Shown here one piece after another: positions 12,063 to 23,905 of a DNA stretch of 64,000 nt (its first letter is position 1; each line of letters opens with the position of its first letter). The stretch covers positions 2,790,001 to 2,854,000 of the forward strand of contig NC_043019.1 in the NCBI RefSeq assembly GCF_006345805.1, read 5' to 3'. The position numbers and the translations under genes are program-made. The notes below the pieces were generated by a model. That model was not told the origin of the DNA. It searched no databases and saw nothing but the letters and a program-made list of their open reading frames with translations. Origin of the DNA: Octopus sinensis (taxonomy: Eukaryota).

Positions 12063-15000
12063 TTGTATGTATAAATGTATGTATGTTGGTGGATATAGTA
12101 AAATATTTGTCTTTCGATATGTAGATACTAAGTCTGTTATACTTAAAACAAATGGTGATGTGAAAATATTTTGGTAACACAGTAATCAATGATCAGTTCC
12201 ATTAATAGCAGACCAGTACGGAGCAGGAGCTCTCCTTAGTTCTTGGAGAATTCTGTACTCAAGGTTTAACTGAGCTGATTGTCTTATTTTTTTTCCTTTC
12301 TCTTTTCTTTCTTGTCATTTAACTTAATAAGATTAATAATCTTAGTACCACCCACTATAACTAGAGCTGAATGTTCTGTAATTAAGCGAAATAGCTGATT
12401 TTTTTTTCTGAGTATTGTTTTTATAAATTGTTCTGATGATATAATTTGCATGGATGCTATGGAGATAAACTGCACATTGTATATGACTTGATCATTCATA
12501 ACGGCCATATTTATAAACATGATGCAAGATTAGTCACCATGACATTGCTGAAGCAATTGTTAACTATGAAATAAAAATAGTATCACAAACACCAATCGTC
12601 AATTTACATATTATATATATATATGCTGAGACCCCCTTCGGTTGTGATGGTCCATGGGATTGCACCTAGAAAGTTACCCTCCCAGGCACAAGTACGGGCA
12701 AGGTTGTTTATGGAAGACCAGCAGTCGCCCATGCATACCAGCCTCCCCTCTCCATGCCACTAGCATTATCCAAGGCTTGGCGCATGTGACATCGCAACTC
12801 ATTTCTACAGCTGAGTGAACTGGAGCAATGTGAAATAAAGTGTCTTGCTCAAGAACACAACACGCAGCTCGGTCCGGAATTCGAACTCATGAACTCACAA
12901 TCGTAAGCTTGACGCTCTAACCACTGAGCCATGTGCCTTCACGCATATATATCATCATCATCATCATCATTTAACGTCCGCTTTCTATGCTGGCATGGGT
13001 TGGACGATTTGACTGAGGTCTGGCGAACCAGACTCCAATCTGATCTGGCAGAGTTTCTACAGCTGGATGCCCTTCCTAATGCCAACCACTCCAAGAGTGT
13101 AGTGGGTGCTTTTACGTGCCACCAGCATGAGGGCCAGTTTGGTGGTACTGGCAACGGCCATGCCCAAATGGTGCTTATACACCTTTTACATGTTTCAGTC
13201 ATTTGACAGTGGCTATACTGGAGCACCACCTTGAAGGGTTTTTAAATTAAACAAATCAATCCTAGAACATTTTTTTTTAAAGCCTTGTACTTATTCTATC
13301 GGTCTCTTTTGCCAAACTACTAAGTTATTGGGATGTAAACACACCAACACCGGTTGTCAAGTGGTGTTAGGGGATAAACACAGACATAAAGACACACACA
13401 CACACATACATATACATAAACATGCCAGGCTTCTTTCAGTTTCCGTCCACTACATCCACTGACAAGGCTTTGGTGTTTATATTCTGTTGCAGGATTACTC
13501 ATTTTTACCAGCTGAGTAAACTGGAACAATGGGGAGTGAAGTGTTTTGCTCAAGAACACAACGCATCGCCCAGTCCAGAAATCGAAACCACAATCTTATG
13601 AACATTAGACCAGCGTCCTAACCACTAAGCCATGCGCCTCTAACAAATGTCAAAATCACCTTTTGTGAATTGCATATAATCGTTTGACCAACTACTTACA
13701 TGTCATAGGACTGACCTGGAGGCTAAACAATAACAACAGCAACAACACCATAAGCAACTTCCAACTACTTACACGTCTTAACATGATCAGCCATGACCAC
13801 TGGAGGTGACGGTAGCTAAACAATACTAAGAGAAACAGGAATAACAACCGCGTATTACCTACAGGCCATATGACTTCTTGATCAGCAATGACCTGGGTTA
13901 AATAACTACCACCACTACATTAATTATATGCCATAGGACTGCTTGATCGAAACTGACCTTGGGCTAAGCAGCGACAACAACAACAAAATTCTCAGTCAGT
14001 TCTTCTATTACAAACCTAGTTTATGATAAGATTATAATTTCTTGAACTTCATCACAGGAGATAATATTTACAAGGCACTTCAATTAATTTGATCTCTGAT
14101 TATCATTAGGGAGGAAAACAATCAAAACACAGAATTGATGTAATCATCATCATCATAATATCCACTTTTCCATGTTTGCATGGGTCACACATAATTTGTT
14201 GTGTCAAATTTTCTATGGCCGGACACTCATTCTGTTGCCAACCTTCACCTGTTTCCGAGTAAGGTAATATTTCCCTCAAACCTGGACATGCTTTCATGGA
14301 AAATTGGAAATGAAGGACATCATTTGCATGACCGTGATGTATATGATATCAAAGCCAGTAACATACTTACATTCACAAGTACATACTCACACATACATAC
14401 AAACCCACATATATACATATCCACAACAGGCTTTTATTAGTTTCTATATACCAAGTCCACTCATAAGACTTTGGTTGACCTGTAAAAGACATTTTTGCAA
14501 GGTGCCATACAGTGGGACTGAACTTAAAACCATGTCTTTGGGAAGCTAATATCTAACTATATGTCCATGCCAGTAACAATCATCATCATCATTTAACATC
14601 CGCTTTCCATGCTAGCATGGGTTGGACGGTTTGACTGTGGGCTGGCGAATCAGATGGCTGCACCAGGTTCCAGTCTTGAGCTGGCAGTGTTTCTACAGCT
14701 GGATGCCCTTCCTAATGCCAACCACTCCAAGAGTGTAGTGGGTGCTTTTATGTGCCACCGGTACGGGGGCCAGTCAGGCGGTACTGGCAACAACCTTGCT
14801 CGAATTTTTTCCACGTGCCAACGGCACAGGTGCCAGTGGGGCGATGCTGGTAATGATCCATGGCCATAGTTTTCATCACTATCATCATCATCATCCCTTA
14901 ATGTCCGTTTTCCATGCTGGTGTGGATTTGATGGTTTGACCAAAGCTGGCAAGCTGTAGAGAACTCCACCTGGTTCCAGTCTGATTTAGCTTGGTTTTTA

Positions 15001-15505
15001 CAGCTGGATGCCTCCCCTAATATCAACCACTGTACGGTATGTGAGGAGGAGTTTTGTGTGACACTGGAATGAGTGCTTCTACATGGCACATGTACAAGTG
15101 CTTTTGCCACGAAAAAGCATTTGTGTTGGTCCCACATTAATAACTGATCTCAGGCATTGTACTAACTTACAGTGAGTGCATTAGGTTTGTGGGTTCAGTT
15201 TCAGACCATGTGATAGACATCATCATCATCATCATTTAATGTCCGCTTTCCATGCTAGCATGGGTTTGGATGATTTGACTGAGGTCTGGCGAACCAGACT
15301 CCAATCTGATCTGGCAGAGTTTCTATGGCTGGATGCCCTTCCTAACGCCAACCACTCCAAGAGTGTAGTGGGTGCTTTTACGTGCCAGTTTGGTGGTGCT
15401 GGAAACGGCCACACCCAAATGGTGCTTTTTACGTGCCACCTGCACAGGAGCCGGTCCAGTGGCACTGGCGATGACCTCGCTCGAATATTTCACGTGCCAC
15501 TAGCA
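11707..15505 (-). mobile_element. Cluster of five RTE 3' tails (about 11707-12005, 12952-13172, 14578-14870, 14880-15015, 15220-15505) interleaved with SINE fragments
   Basis: Each reads catcatcatc...ttaa(c/t)(g/a)tcc...ccatgct...ctggatgcc on +, the reverse of the RTE tail. Confidence 0.8.
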
Positions 15506-16038
15506 CAAGAGCTAGAAAGGCGACGCGGTAATAAAGAAACCTCTTTCTTCGAAACAGTCAAAACAAAACTGAAAATGTAGATGCAGATGAGAAGAAGATT
15601 AATTATCAAAGGAATATATCTCACTATATTAATAATAATTAATCATCAAAATACAAACTATATAAATTGTAACTTCTGTTGACAATGGGCTGAATTGTAC
15701 TCCTTCTGTAAATAACTTGAATGAAAATGTAAATATATGTTATTATATATCATAATGTGCTGATTTTTGCTACTTATTTATATGTTTTGGTTGTATTTTG
15801 TGAACAATTGTGTCTTAAGTTGCAAATTTCAAATATATCAATCACTATTTTAATGCATTTCTAATAGCGAGAATGATATGGGAGTGGCTGTAATTCAGTA
15901 CAGAACAAATAGTGGAAAAGTTTCCTTTGAAGGGGTGTTTTCAATATTTGTTCTGCACTTGCTTTCCATTGCTTTTCAAATGTATGTATATATCAGTAAA
16001 TTGTACTTTTACACACATGCATATATATATATATAAAT

Positions 16039-16070
<32 letters not shown>

Positions 16071-16087
16071 GTGTGTGTGTGGGGGGG

Positions 16088-16384
16088 GAGGTGAAATGAC
16101 CCAGTGGTTAGGGCAGCGGACTCGCAGTTGTCGGATCGCGGTTTTGATTCCCAGACCGGGCGTTGTGAGTGTTTATTGAGCAAAAATACCTAAAGCTTCA
16201 CGAGGCTCCCACATGGGGTGGTGGTGATCCCTGCTGTACTCTTTTGCCACAACTTTCTCTCACTCTTTCTTCTGTTGGTCTGCTCGCTTAGCCAGCGGGG
16301 TGGCGTCATTTGAAGGCTAAAACAATGCGAAGCGCATTGTGACCAGTGATGTGTAGCAACATCTGATAGTCTGGTCAGTCACGG
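16088..16384 (+). mobile_element. SINE family C
   Basis: Full head and tail match other C copies. Confidence 0.85.
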
Positions 16385-16781
16385 GGATATATACATATAT
16401 ATATATATATATAGAGAGAGTAGTGATACAACAAGGCACCAATGTTTACTGGAAATAGCAGTTGATAAATCTACGATGCTAGGGTAAAGCTTTGCTGAGT
16501 ACTTACTGGCAAAGATGTGTGAGGGCAGCAAACATAAATAATTTCCTATTACCCCCAGGAAGAACATGAGGTAAATGGACAACCCAGAATCAGATAATCT
16601 AGAACCTAGGTTTTGAACTCTTCAAATATGTTTGTTATCGTAAATTGATTAGTCTCCTTCGGCTAGATTTATCTGGACAATATTTCAAATGTTGCTACGT
16701 CAATGCCAGTATGCTTGTCTGAATGCCTAGCAGTTAACAGAACTGAGAACACTGAGAAAGTTTACAATGAAAAATTAAAAA

Positions 16782-16988
16782 TTGCAATACAAATACAAAA
16801 GGTGGAAATTATTAGAAACTTGTGGACACTATCGCAATGGAACAAGACTATGTAAATTGTTTATGGCAGAAAAATATATAATCCTTATGAACTCACATGA
16901 GCCAGGAGGCTACCTGAACTCCAGGACAGTAGTCATGGGGAGTTGTCCACATTTTCGGCAATATTTACTTCAAAATTGGAAAACATAG
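16782..16988 (+). pseudogene. Penelope-like element GIY-YIG endonuclease C-terminal remnant
   Basis: WKLLETCGHYRNGTRLCKLFMAEKYIIL...YLNSRT...SCPHFRQYLL fits the PLE pattern W-x-IL...C-x-LC-x-x-EK...LN-x-R-x-E...C-x-H...LL; upstream frame is decayed. Confidence 0.7.
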
Positions 16989-17261
16989 CTATCAAGCAAA
17001 GGAAGACAACTTGCCTGGCCATAATTTTTTCAGAGGAATATTTCTTCAACTATCACTGGCATTCTTGTGTTTTTTAAAAAACATTCTTTGCAGAGAACAG
17101 TTATTGTTTAAGAAAACTGAAGATATGTCTAGTTCACTCTAGATATGAAACCAATGGCTTTTGTTCTAAAATTGTTACTCTACACATACAAATATATATA
17201 TAAACCTTGTAAGTGGATTTAGTACAGGGAAACTGAAAGAAGCACTTTGTGTGTATGTATG

Positions 17262-17895
17262 TGTAGTCCACCTGTGCATACCTTCCTTCTTATGACACTT
17301 GTGAAGACCTGTTGAGGCAAGTATGTGACACTTGTGAAGACCTGTTGAGGCAAGTGTGTGACACTTGTGAAGACCTGTTGAGGCAAGTGAAAATCAAACC
17401 AAATCAAAATAGATGAACATCAATGGAATTTGTATCTTTGTGGTACAGTGCCGGTGGCACACAAGAAAACCATCCGAACGTGGCCGTAGCCAGTACCGCA
17501 TCGACTGGCCTCCGTGCTGTGGGCATGTAACAAACACCATCCGATCGTGGCCGTTCGCCAGCCTCATCTGGCACTTGTGTCGGTGGCACATAAAAACACC
17601 ATCCGAGCGTGGCCGTCTGCCAGCCTCGTCTTGGCACCTGTGTCAGTGGCACATAAAAACACCATCCGAGCGTGGCCGTTCGCCAGCCTCGTCTGGCACC
17701 TGTGTCGGTGGCACATAAAATCACCTACTACACTCTCGGAGTGGTTGGCGTTAGGAAGGGCATCCAGCTGTAGAAACACTGCCAGATCTGACTGGCCTGG
17801 TGCAGCCTTCGGGCTCCCCAGACTCCAGTTGAACCGTCCAACCCATGCTTGCATGGAAAGCGGACGTTAAATGATGATGATGATGATGATGATGA
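17262..17895 (+). mobile_element. RTE 3' UTR and tail, 5'-truncated copy
   Basis: Colinear with one array unit plus the tail of the 24-30 kb element. Confidence 0.9.
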
Positions 17896-18254
17896 TATAT
17901 ATATATACACACACACACACATACATATGTGTGTTGTCTTGACATTGTGTGATAGTTGTAAATGAGCATCACCTTCATACAAGCGGTGTCATTCATTTCC
18001 AATATTCTGTGAAAGCATATCTGGCCCAGAGGGAAATATTACTTTGCTTGGAAACAGGTAAAAGGTTGGAAACAGGAAGAGCACGCATGCACGCACACAC
18101 ACACACACACACAATCTGGCCTTCCACACAGTTTCTGTCTACCAAAATCCAAATGTAACATTGGGTGTATTTGTAGAAGTTTTTGATTTGAATTTTAGGA
18201 TTAATCACATAGGATTGATGTTGATAAAGTAAGGATTTTGTTGATTATTATTAG

Positions 18255-18379
18255 AATTTTACTTTACTGAGGAATACTGTGGAATTTCTGATAGATTTGA
18301 TAGTCTTGAAGACAATTGAAAAGGTTGCAAGACGCAACAAAAATTTTAGGAAAATAAGAAATACATGGAAATTTTACCG
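18255..18379 (+). other. Candidate isolated coding exon, unverified
   Basis: ttattag acceptor, 125-nt open frame NFTLLRNTVEFLIDLIVLKTIEKVARRNKNFRKIRNTWKFY, then CG|GTGAGT donor; no family recognised. Confidence 0.25.
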
Positions 18380-19770
18380 GTGAGTGTGTTAAATTATAAA
18401 GCACAAAAAGAAAATTACTCTCCCCAGACACAACAGTATATGCTTCAACACACGGACTCACATAAAGAATCTTGCAAACCAAATCCAAAAACCAAATATA
18501 TATATATACAATGAGCTTCTTTCAGTTTCTGTTTACCAAATCCACTCACTAGGCTTTGGTTGGCCCGAGGCTATAGTAGAAGACCTTTGCTCAAGGTGCC
18601 ATGTGGTTGGCTGTCTTGTATTTTGATATGTAGGATTACCTTATCTAATGGGTCACTCATATATGAGACACAATAATGTAACTCAAAAGTGATTTGGTTA
18701 CTGTTTGTGATTTAGCTGGTCGAGCAAATGCATACAGACACCAGTGTTGAGTAGTTGTGTGTTTAGCCGAGCCGGTCAATGAAATTCCATTGAAAAGGGT
18801 TAACAAGAAGTTTCTTGTCTTATATTAAGTATAAATCTGTGTGTATGACCTACGCATTAATGAGAGCAAGTGGGAGGAAAGATACGCAATAATTTAAGCA
18901 GAATATAATAATCTAATTCAGTTAGTTGGAACCAAACTGGTTAAAAGTGTCAGTTTCGACCAGCAGTAAACACCTGTATCTTCAATCAGTCATTTTAATC
19001 AAAATGCTTGATTCAAGACACAGATGCTTGCACTGTGTTGGAACTGACACTTTCTGTCCATTTGATTATGACCAAGTGAATCTCTCTCTCTCTGACTGTC
19101 TGTGTCTGTCTGCCTGTCCTCTGTCTCTCTCACACACACACACAATCTTAATGCTTGTATGTAAGTAAAATATTAAATATATGTACATATTCAGTGTGAA
19201 TGTATTGCTTGTTCTTGCTTGAACACTTCTTCTGACATATATCTAATGAAACCCCTTCTTAATATTCAAAGCTGACTGGAATTAAAGGTAAACCATGAAC
19301 TTGAATGGAGATGGTTTTATAGGTTGACTGCAACATTATATATCCTACTTGCTTCTCTCTGTACCACCAAGGATCTAGTTCCATACGACAAGACAAATCA
19401 ATCAGCAACACATCTTTTATCTTTTACTTGTTTCAGTCATTAGACTGCAGCCATGCTGGAGCACTGCCTTGAAGACCTTTTAATCAAATCAGTCAACTGA
19501 TACTTGTTCTATTGATTACTTTTACTGAACTGCAAAGTTTCAGGGACATAAACACACCAACACTGGTTGTCAAGTGGTGGGGGTAGCAAACACAGGTACA
19601 AAAACACACTTATAGATATATATATATATATTATTTTTATTGTATTTAAAAAAAATTTTTATTGTATTTATATTTGTGTAATATTGTTCGTTTCTTTCCG
19701 TCCTTCTTTTCTTTGTATCATCTATCTGGATGTTTTGTGATCTTGTCCCATTTTGTATTTTATATATATC

Positions 19771-19950
19771 ACTGTGATCACCGTGACCGACCAGGCTATC
19801 AGATGTTGCTACACATCGCTGGTCACATTGCACTTTGCATCGTTTTAGCCTTCAAATGACGCCACTCCGCTGGCTAAGCGAGCAGGTCAGCAGAAGAAAG
19901 AGTGAGAGAAAGTTGTGATGAAAAGTACAGCAGGGATCACCACCAGGAAG
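19771..19950 (-). mobile_element. SINE family C, 3' part
   Basis: atcaccgtgaccgaccaggctatcagatgttgctacacatcgctgg. Confidence 0.8.
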
Positions 19951-20261
19951 TGACCCACGCAAATGGTTTCTTGACCTTCCGCTGTGGCGCATAAAGAATG
20001 AGACATGCAGGATCCAGTTACAAAATTGCAACAGACTGCCACTGACCCAGTTATAAGTTTGGGTGGTGCCTTCTGTTGCATGTCCATTGTATGTAGCCCT
20101 CTTCATCTGCAAGTCCAACATTTGAGATCTGTTGCAATTATCATTAAACAACAATAACAATTGGCTAGTTTCTTACCTGTGACCACACTGTGAAGAATGT
20201 ATTTTCTTAGGATTGGATATTCTGTAAAATTATTCAAGTCTGAGTGGTAATGATTTAGATG

Positions 20262-20713
20262 AACACCTTACTTTTTTGGGCATGGATACATTGAAACTCC
20301 AACGTCTGGCAGCTGGCTTGGCAGACACCCATAAAATTATTAACCATCTTACAAACAATAACTCTGAGCACCTTTTCAAACTCCACCTGTCTAACACCCG
20401 CGGATATGTTTACAAAGTCAGAAAACAGCACAGCTCCCATGACTTTCGGAAACATTTTTTCACGCTAAGAGTTGCTGAAGCATGGAACAAACTGCCGACA
20501 TCAGTTGTTAGTTCAAAACTTCCATGCTTCCTGAGATTTGCCAACACTACACCTGATTTTCTCCCCTCCATACACACGCAAGCATGTATCTGACTCATAC
20601 ACTGTTCACTTTCCAGACATTTGTACATTACTGCATATACTTTGTATGCACTTTTGACAAGTTGTGGTGCACCTGAGCACTGTATACAATAATTTCATTA
20701 TTATTATTATTAC

Positions 20714-20752
<39 letters not shown>

Positions 20753-20870
20753 TATTATTATTATTACTATTACTATTATTATTATCATTATCATTATTAT
20801 TATTATTATCATTATTATTATTACTATTATTATTATTATTATTTCTATTATTATTATTATCATTATTATT
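20262..20870 (+). mobile_element. CR1/L2-type LINE 3' remnant with (ATT)n tail
   Basis: TRGYVYKVRK...RKHFFTLRVAEAWNKLP is the typical CR1 ORF2 C-terminus; short 3' UTR then about 180 bp of (ATT)n; related fragment on - at about 32885-32975. Confidence 0.85.
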
Positions 20871-22116
20871 TTAATGTGTTTAATACTTTTAGTGATTTAT
20901 ATAGAATCTCTGTGACTGAATTGGATGTATAATGGGAAGTTGTATGGTAATGATGAGGATATACTGCATATTAATTTTACAAAACTTTGCGCCAAAAAGT
21001 TTAGTTGGTTTGCCAAATTGAACACGACATGAAATGCAATCCACTTCCATCAAAGCAATTACTTGTAATATTTCACTTTAACATATTAATTATTTACATA
21101 TTCTCTGATTAATTAGAAAATCTCTAGTTTTTATTGTTATAAGTTGGATATTGTCTGGTGATTATATAACCTATTTCTCCATTCTGTTGCTGTTATTTTC
21201 TTTATTCCTTTGATAAATTCCCAGGAAATCATTACTGAAATATGAAAATATTAGAGATTGTTTTAATTGATTTCAATATTAACAGAATTCACTTTCATTT
21301 TCCCTTCATCTATTTGTCTATCTAATATAATAAATTGCATACAGCTGCCACTATTATTATTATTATTATTATTGTTATTATATTATCATCAACAAAACCA
21401 CCTTTCATATTTGAATTAATCCCAGTAGAGTTATTGCTTGATATGTTGAAAATCAATTTGGCCTCTTAGTGTTTCACCTTTTTTGGATGGCATATTGTAA
21501 AATTGAACATTCTGTTATATTTTAACATCAGGTCGGCTTCATAATCTTCTCTTACTTGGCAATGTATTAATCCAATTACTAATCTAATGTCTATTTTAGA
21601 ATCTAAAAATAAGAAATTTTTACATTTGTTCACCTCTGGCTTCTACACTGTAATCAATCCTTCTATAATCCAGGAATCATAACATCTGTACTATAATTAT
21701 ATACAAGCTCATAAGAAGTCTGGAAAGTGGTCAAATGGTTCTTTGTTATTACTCATTGTTTAATCCCAATGTCAACACAAATCTAGCCATAGCGATCCCA
21801 CCTTTTTGGGTTCATTAAACTGAATTATCTAATGGATTTTTTTTTATTAATTTAAAGGGACAGATTGTGTTTGAAAGAAATTTAGCTGCTCTTTTTAGGT
21901 GGTAGAGTAACTACTCACAAGCTTTCTCATTAGCTCATGGCAATAGTCACTTCAACACAAGTAGTATTTCCAACATGTTTTATATTAGCTGGTTCATGTT
22001 CAAAGTGTAATTTTAAGCTTGTAATTTACAATATAATTTACCAACTTATGCAGTTAATATGCAAAGGATTCATTTCAATGACTTCTTAATTGAAACTAAA
22101 TAAATGTGTAAGATTT

Positions 22117-22535
22117 GGCGTAGGAGTGGCTGTGTGGTAAGTAAGTAGCTTGCTTACGAACCACATGGTTCTGGGCTCAGTTCCACTGCATGGCATCTTG
22201 GGCAAATGTCTTCTATTATAGCTTTGGGCCGACCAAAGCCTTGTGAGTGGATTTGGTAGACGGAAACTGAAAGAATTCCGTCGTATATATATATATGTAT
22301 ATATATATATGTATGTGTGTGTATATGTTTGTGTGTCTGTGTTTGTCCCCCAGACATTGCTTGACAACCGATGCTGGTGTGTTTACATCCCCCATAACTT
22401 AGTGGTTCGGCAAAAGAGACCGGTAGAATAAGTACTAGGCTTACGAAGAATAAGTCCAGGGGTCAATTTGTTCGACTAAAGGCGGTGCTCCAACATGGCT
22501 GCAGTCAAAATGACTGAAACAAGTAAAAGAGTAAA
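22117..22535 (+). mobile_element. SINE family A, full length
   Basis: Complete head, linker and tail. Confidence 0.9.
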
Positions 22536-23004
22536 TTTAATCTAAAAATCTAATATATTTTGCATCATGTTTTAATAATTCACTTTATTTCATGTATAAA
22601 AATTAAAAGATTTATTTTCTCTCTCCTAAGGAGAAAGTCAAGCATGGCAGCATGGTTAAGAAGCTAGTTTCACAGATACATGCCTTCATGTTCCAACTCA
22701 CTGCCTGACTCCTGAGTCGAGTTTCTTCTACCATAGTGTTGGATTTTTTGTATGTTAAAATTGTGCAGAAGTGCATCAGAGGATCAGTTCCTTCCATTAA
22801 TTATAGAACCACTAAATATTTCTATTTCAATAATAAACATCTAAAAGAGGTTTCTTTTACTGGCATCTTTTTAATATGTTTATGAAATTTCATTGGAAAA
22901 ATAAGATCCAGACTGGATTATTCCAAAACAAAGATATGAATATGAATTTTTAAAATGTGCATGTGTATGTATACCCTGCTCCTCCTCCACACATACAATA
23001 TATA

Positions 23005-23303
23005 TCACCGTGACCAACCAGGCTCTCAGATGTTGCTACACATCGCTGGTCACAATGCGCTTCGCATTGTTTTAGCCTTCAATTGATGCCACCCCACTAG
23101 CTAAGTGAGCAGGCCAACAGAAGGAGTGAGAGAAAGTTGTGGTGGAAGAGTACAGCAGGGATCGCCCCCCCCCCCCCCTGCCAGAGCCACGTGAAGCTTT
23201 AGGTGTTTTCGCTCAATAAACACTCACAACGCCCAGTCTGGGAATCGAAACCGCAATCCTACGACCGCAAGTCTGCTACCCTAACCACTGGGCCATTGCG
23301 CCT
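23005..23303 (-). mobile_element. SINE family C
   Basis: Reverse complement of the C consensus including A and B boxes. Confidence 0.85.
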
Positions 23304-23320
23304 TCACAATATACATACAT

Positions 23321-23351
<31 letters not shown>

Positions 23352-23699
23352 TCTACATACACACCACACACACACATATATATACACACACACACACATA
23401 TATATATATATTATATATATATATATATATATATCACACCTATATATTGTGTCCCCCATATATTATCGTTATCCTTCGTCTCAAATGCTAGCTGAAGCAT
23501 ATAAACTTTCGCTCACAAAAACTTATTCACACGACCGCAAAAAAAAAAAAAAACACTGTCTCAATCTGGTCTTTCTCTGGTCTGTCGCTTAATTCTCTAA
23601 CCCATCTTTCCCAACTTCCACTCATAGAAACTTATGCACACGACCGCAAACCTTTCCATCTCAAATCTTGCCTTTCTTACTTTCGTCTATATCTCGTCT

Positions 23700-23755
23700 T
23701 CTCCCAGTGCGCAGTGCGCCCGCCCTCCCGCCCCCACCACCAGTACCGGAAGTCC
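23700..23755. promoter_or_regulatory. GC-box/ETS/NRF1-like motif cluster upstream of the RTE ORF
   Basis: gcgcagtgcgc, cccgccc twice and ccggaagt within 55 bp of an otherwise CpG-poor window. Confidence 0.4.
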
Positions 23756-23905
23756 TTATCTCACCTTGCCTTCCTTTGCTTTTCTTCCATGAACACCTAA
23801 AGGCCTTAAACCAATACCACCCCTTCTATATATGGTGGTGACCATACGGCGCAAAAACATGTTAGTGCAGTGTAACAGGTTGAACTTAAGTTCATTGCTT
23901 TGCTT

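Noticed and set aside
12190-12520. Minus-strand ORF possibly extendable across a poly-A slip
   Set aside because: No recognisable motif, and it requires an assumed frameshift
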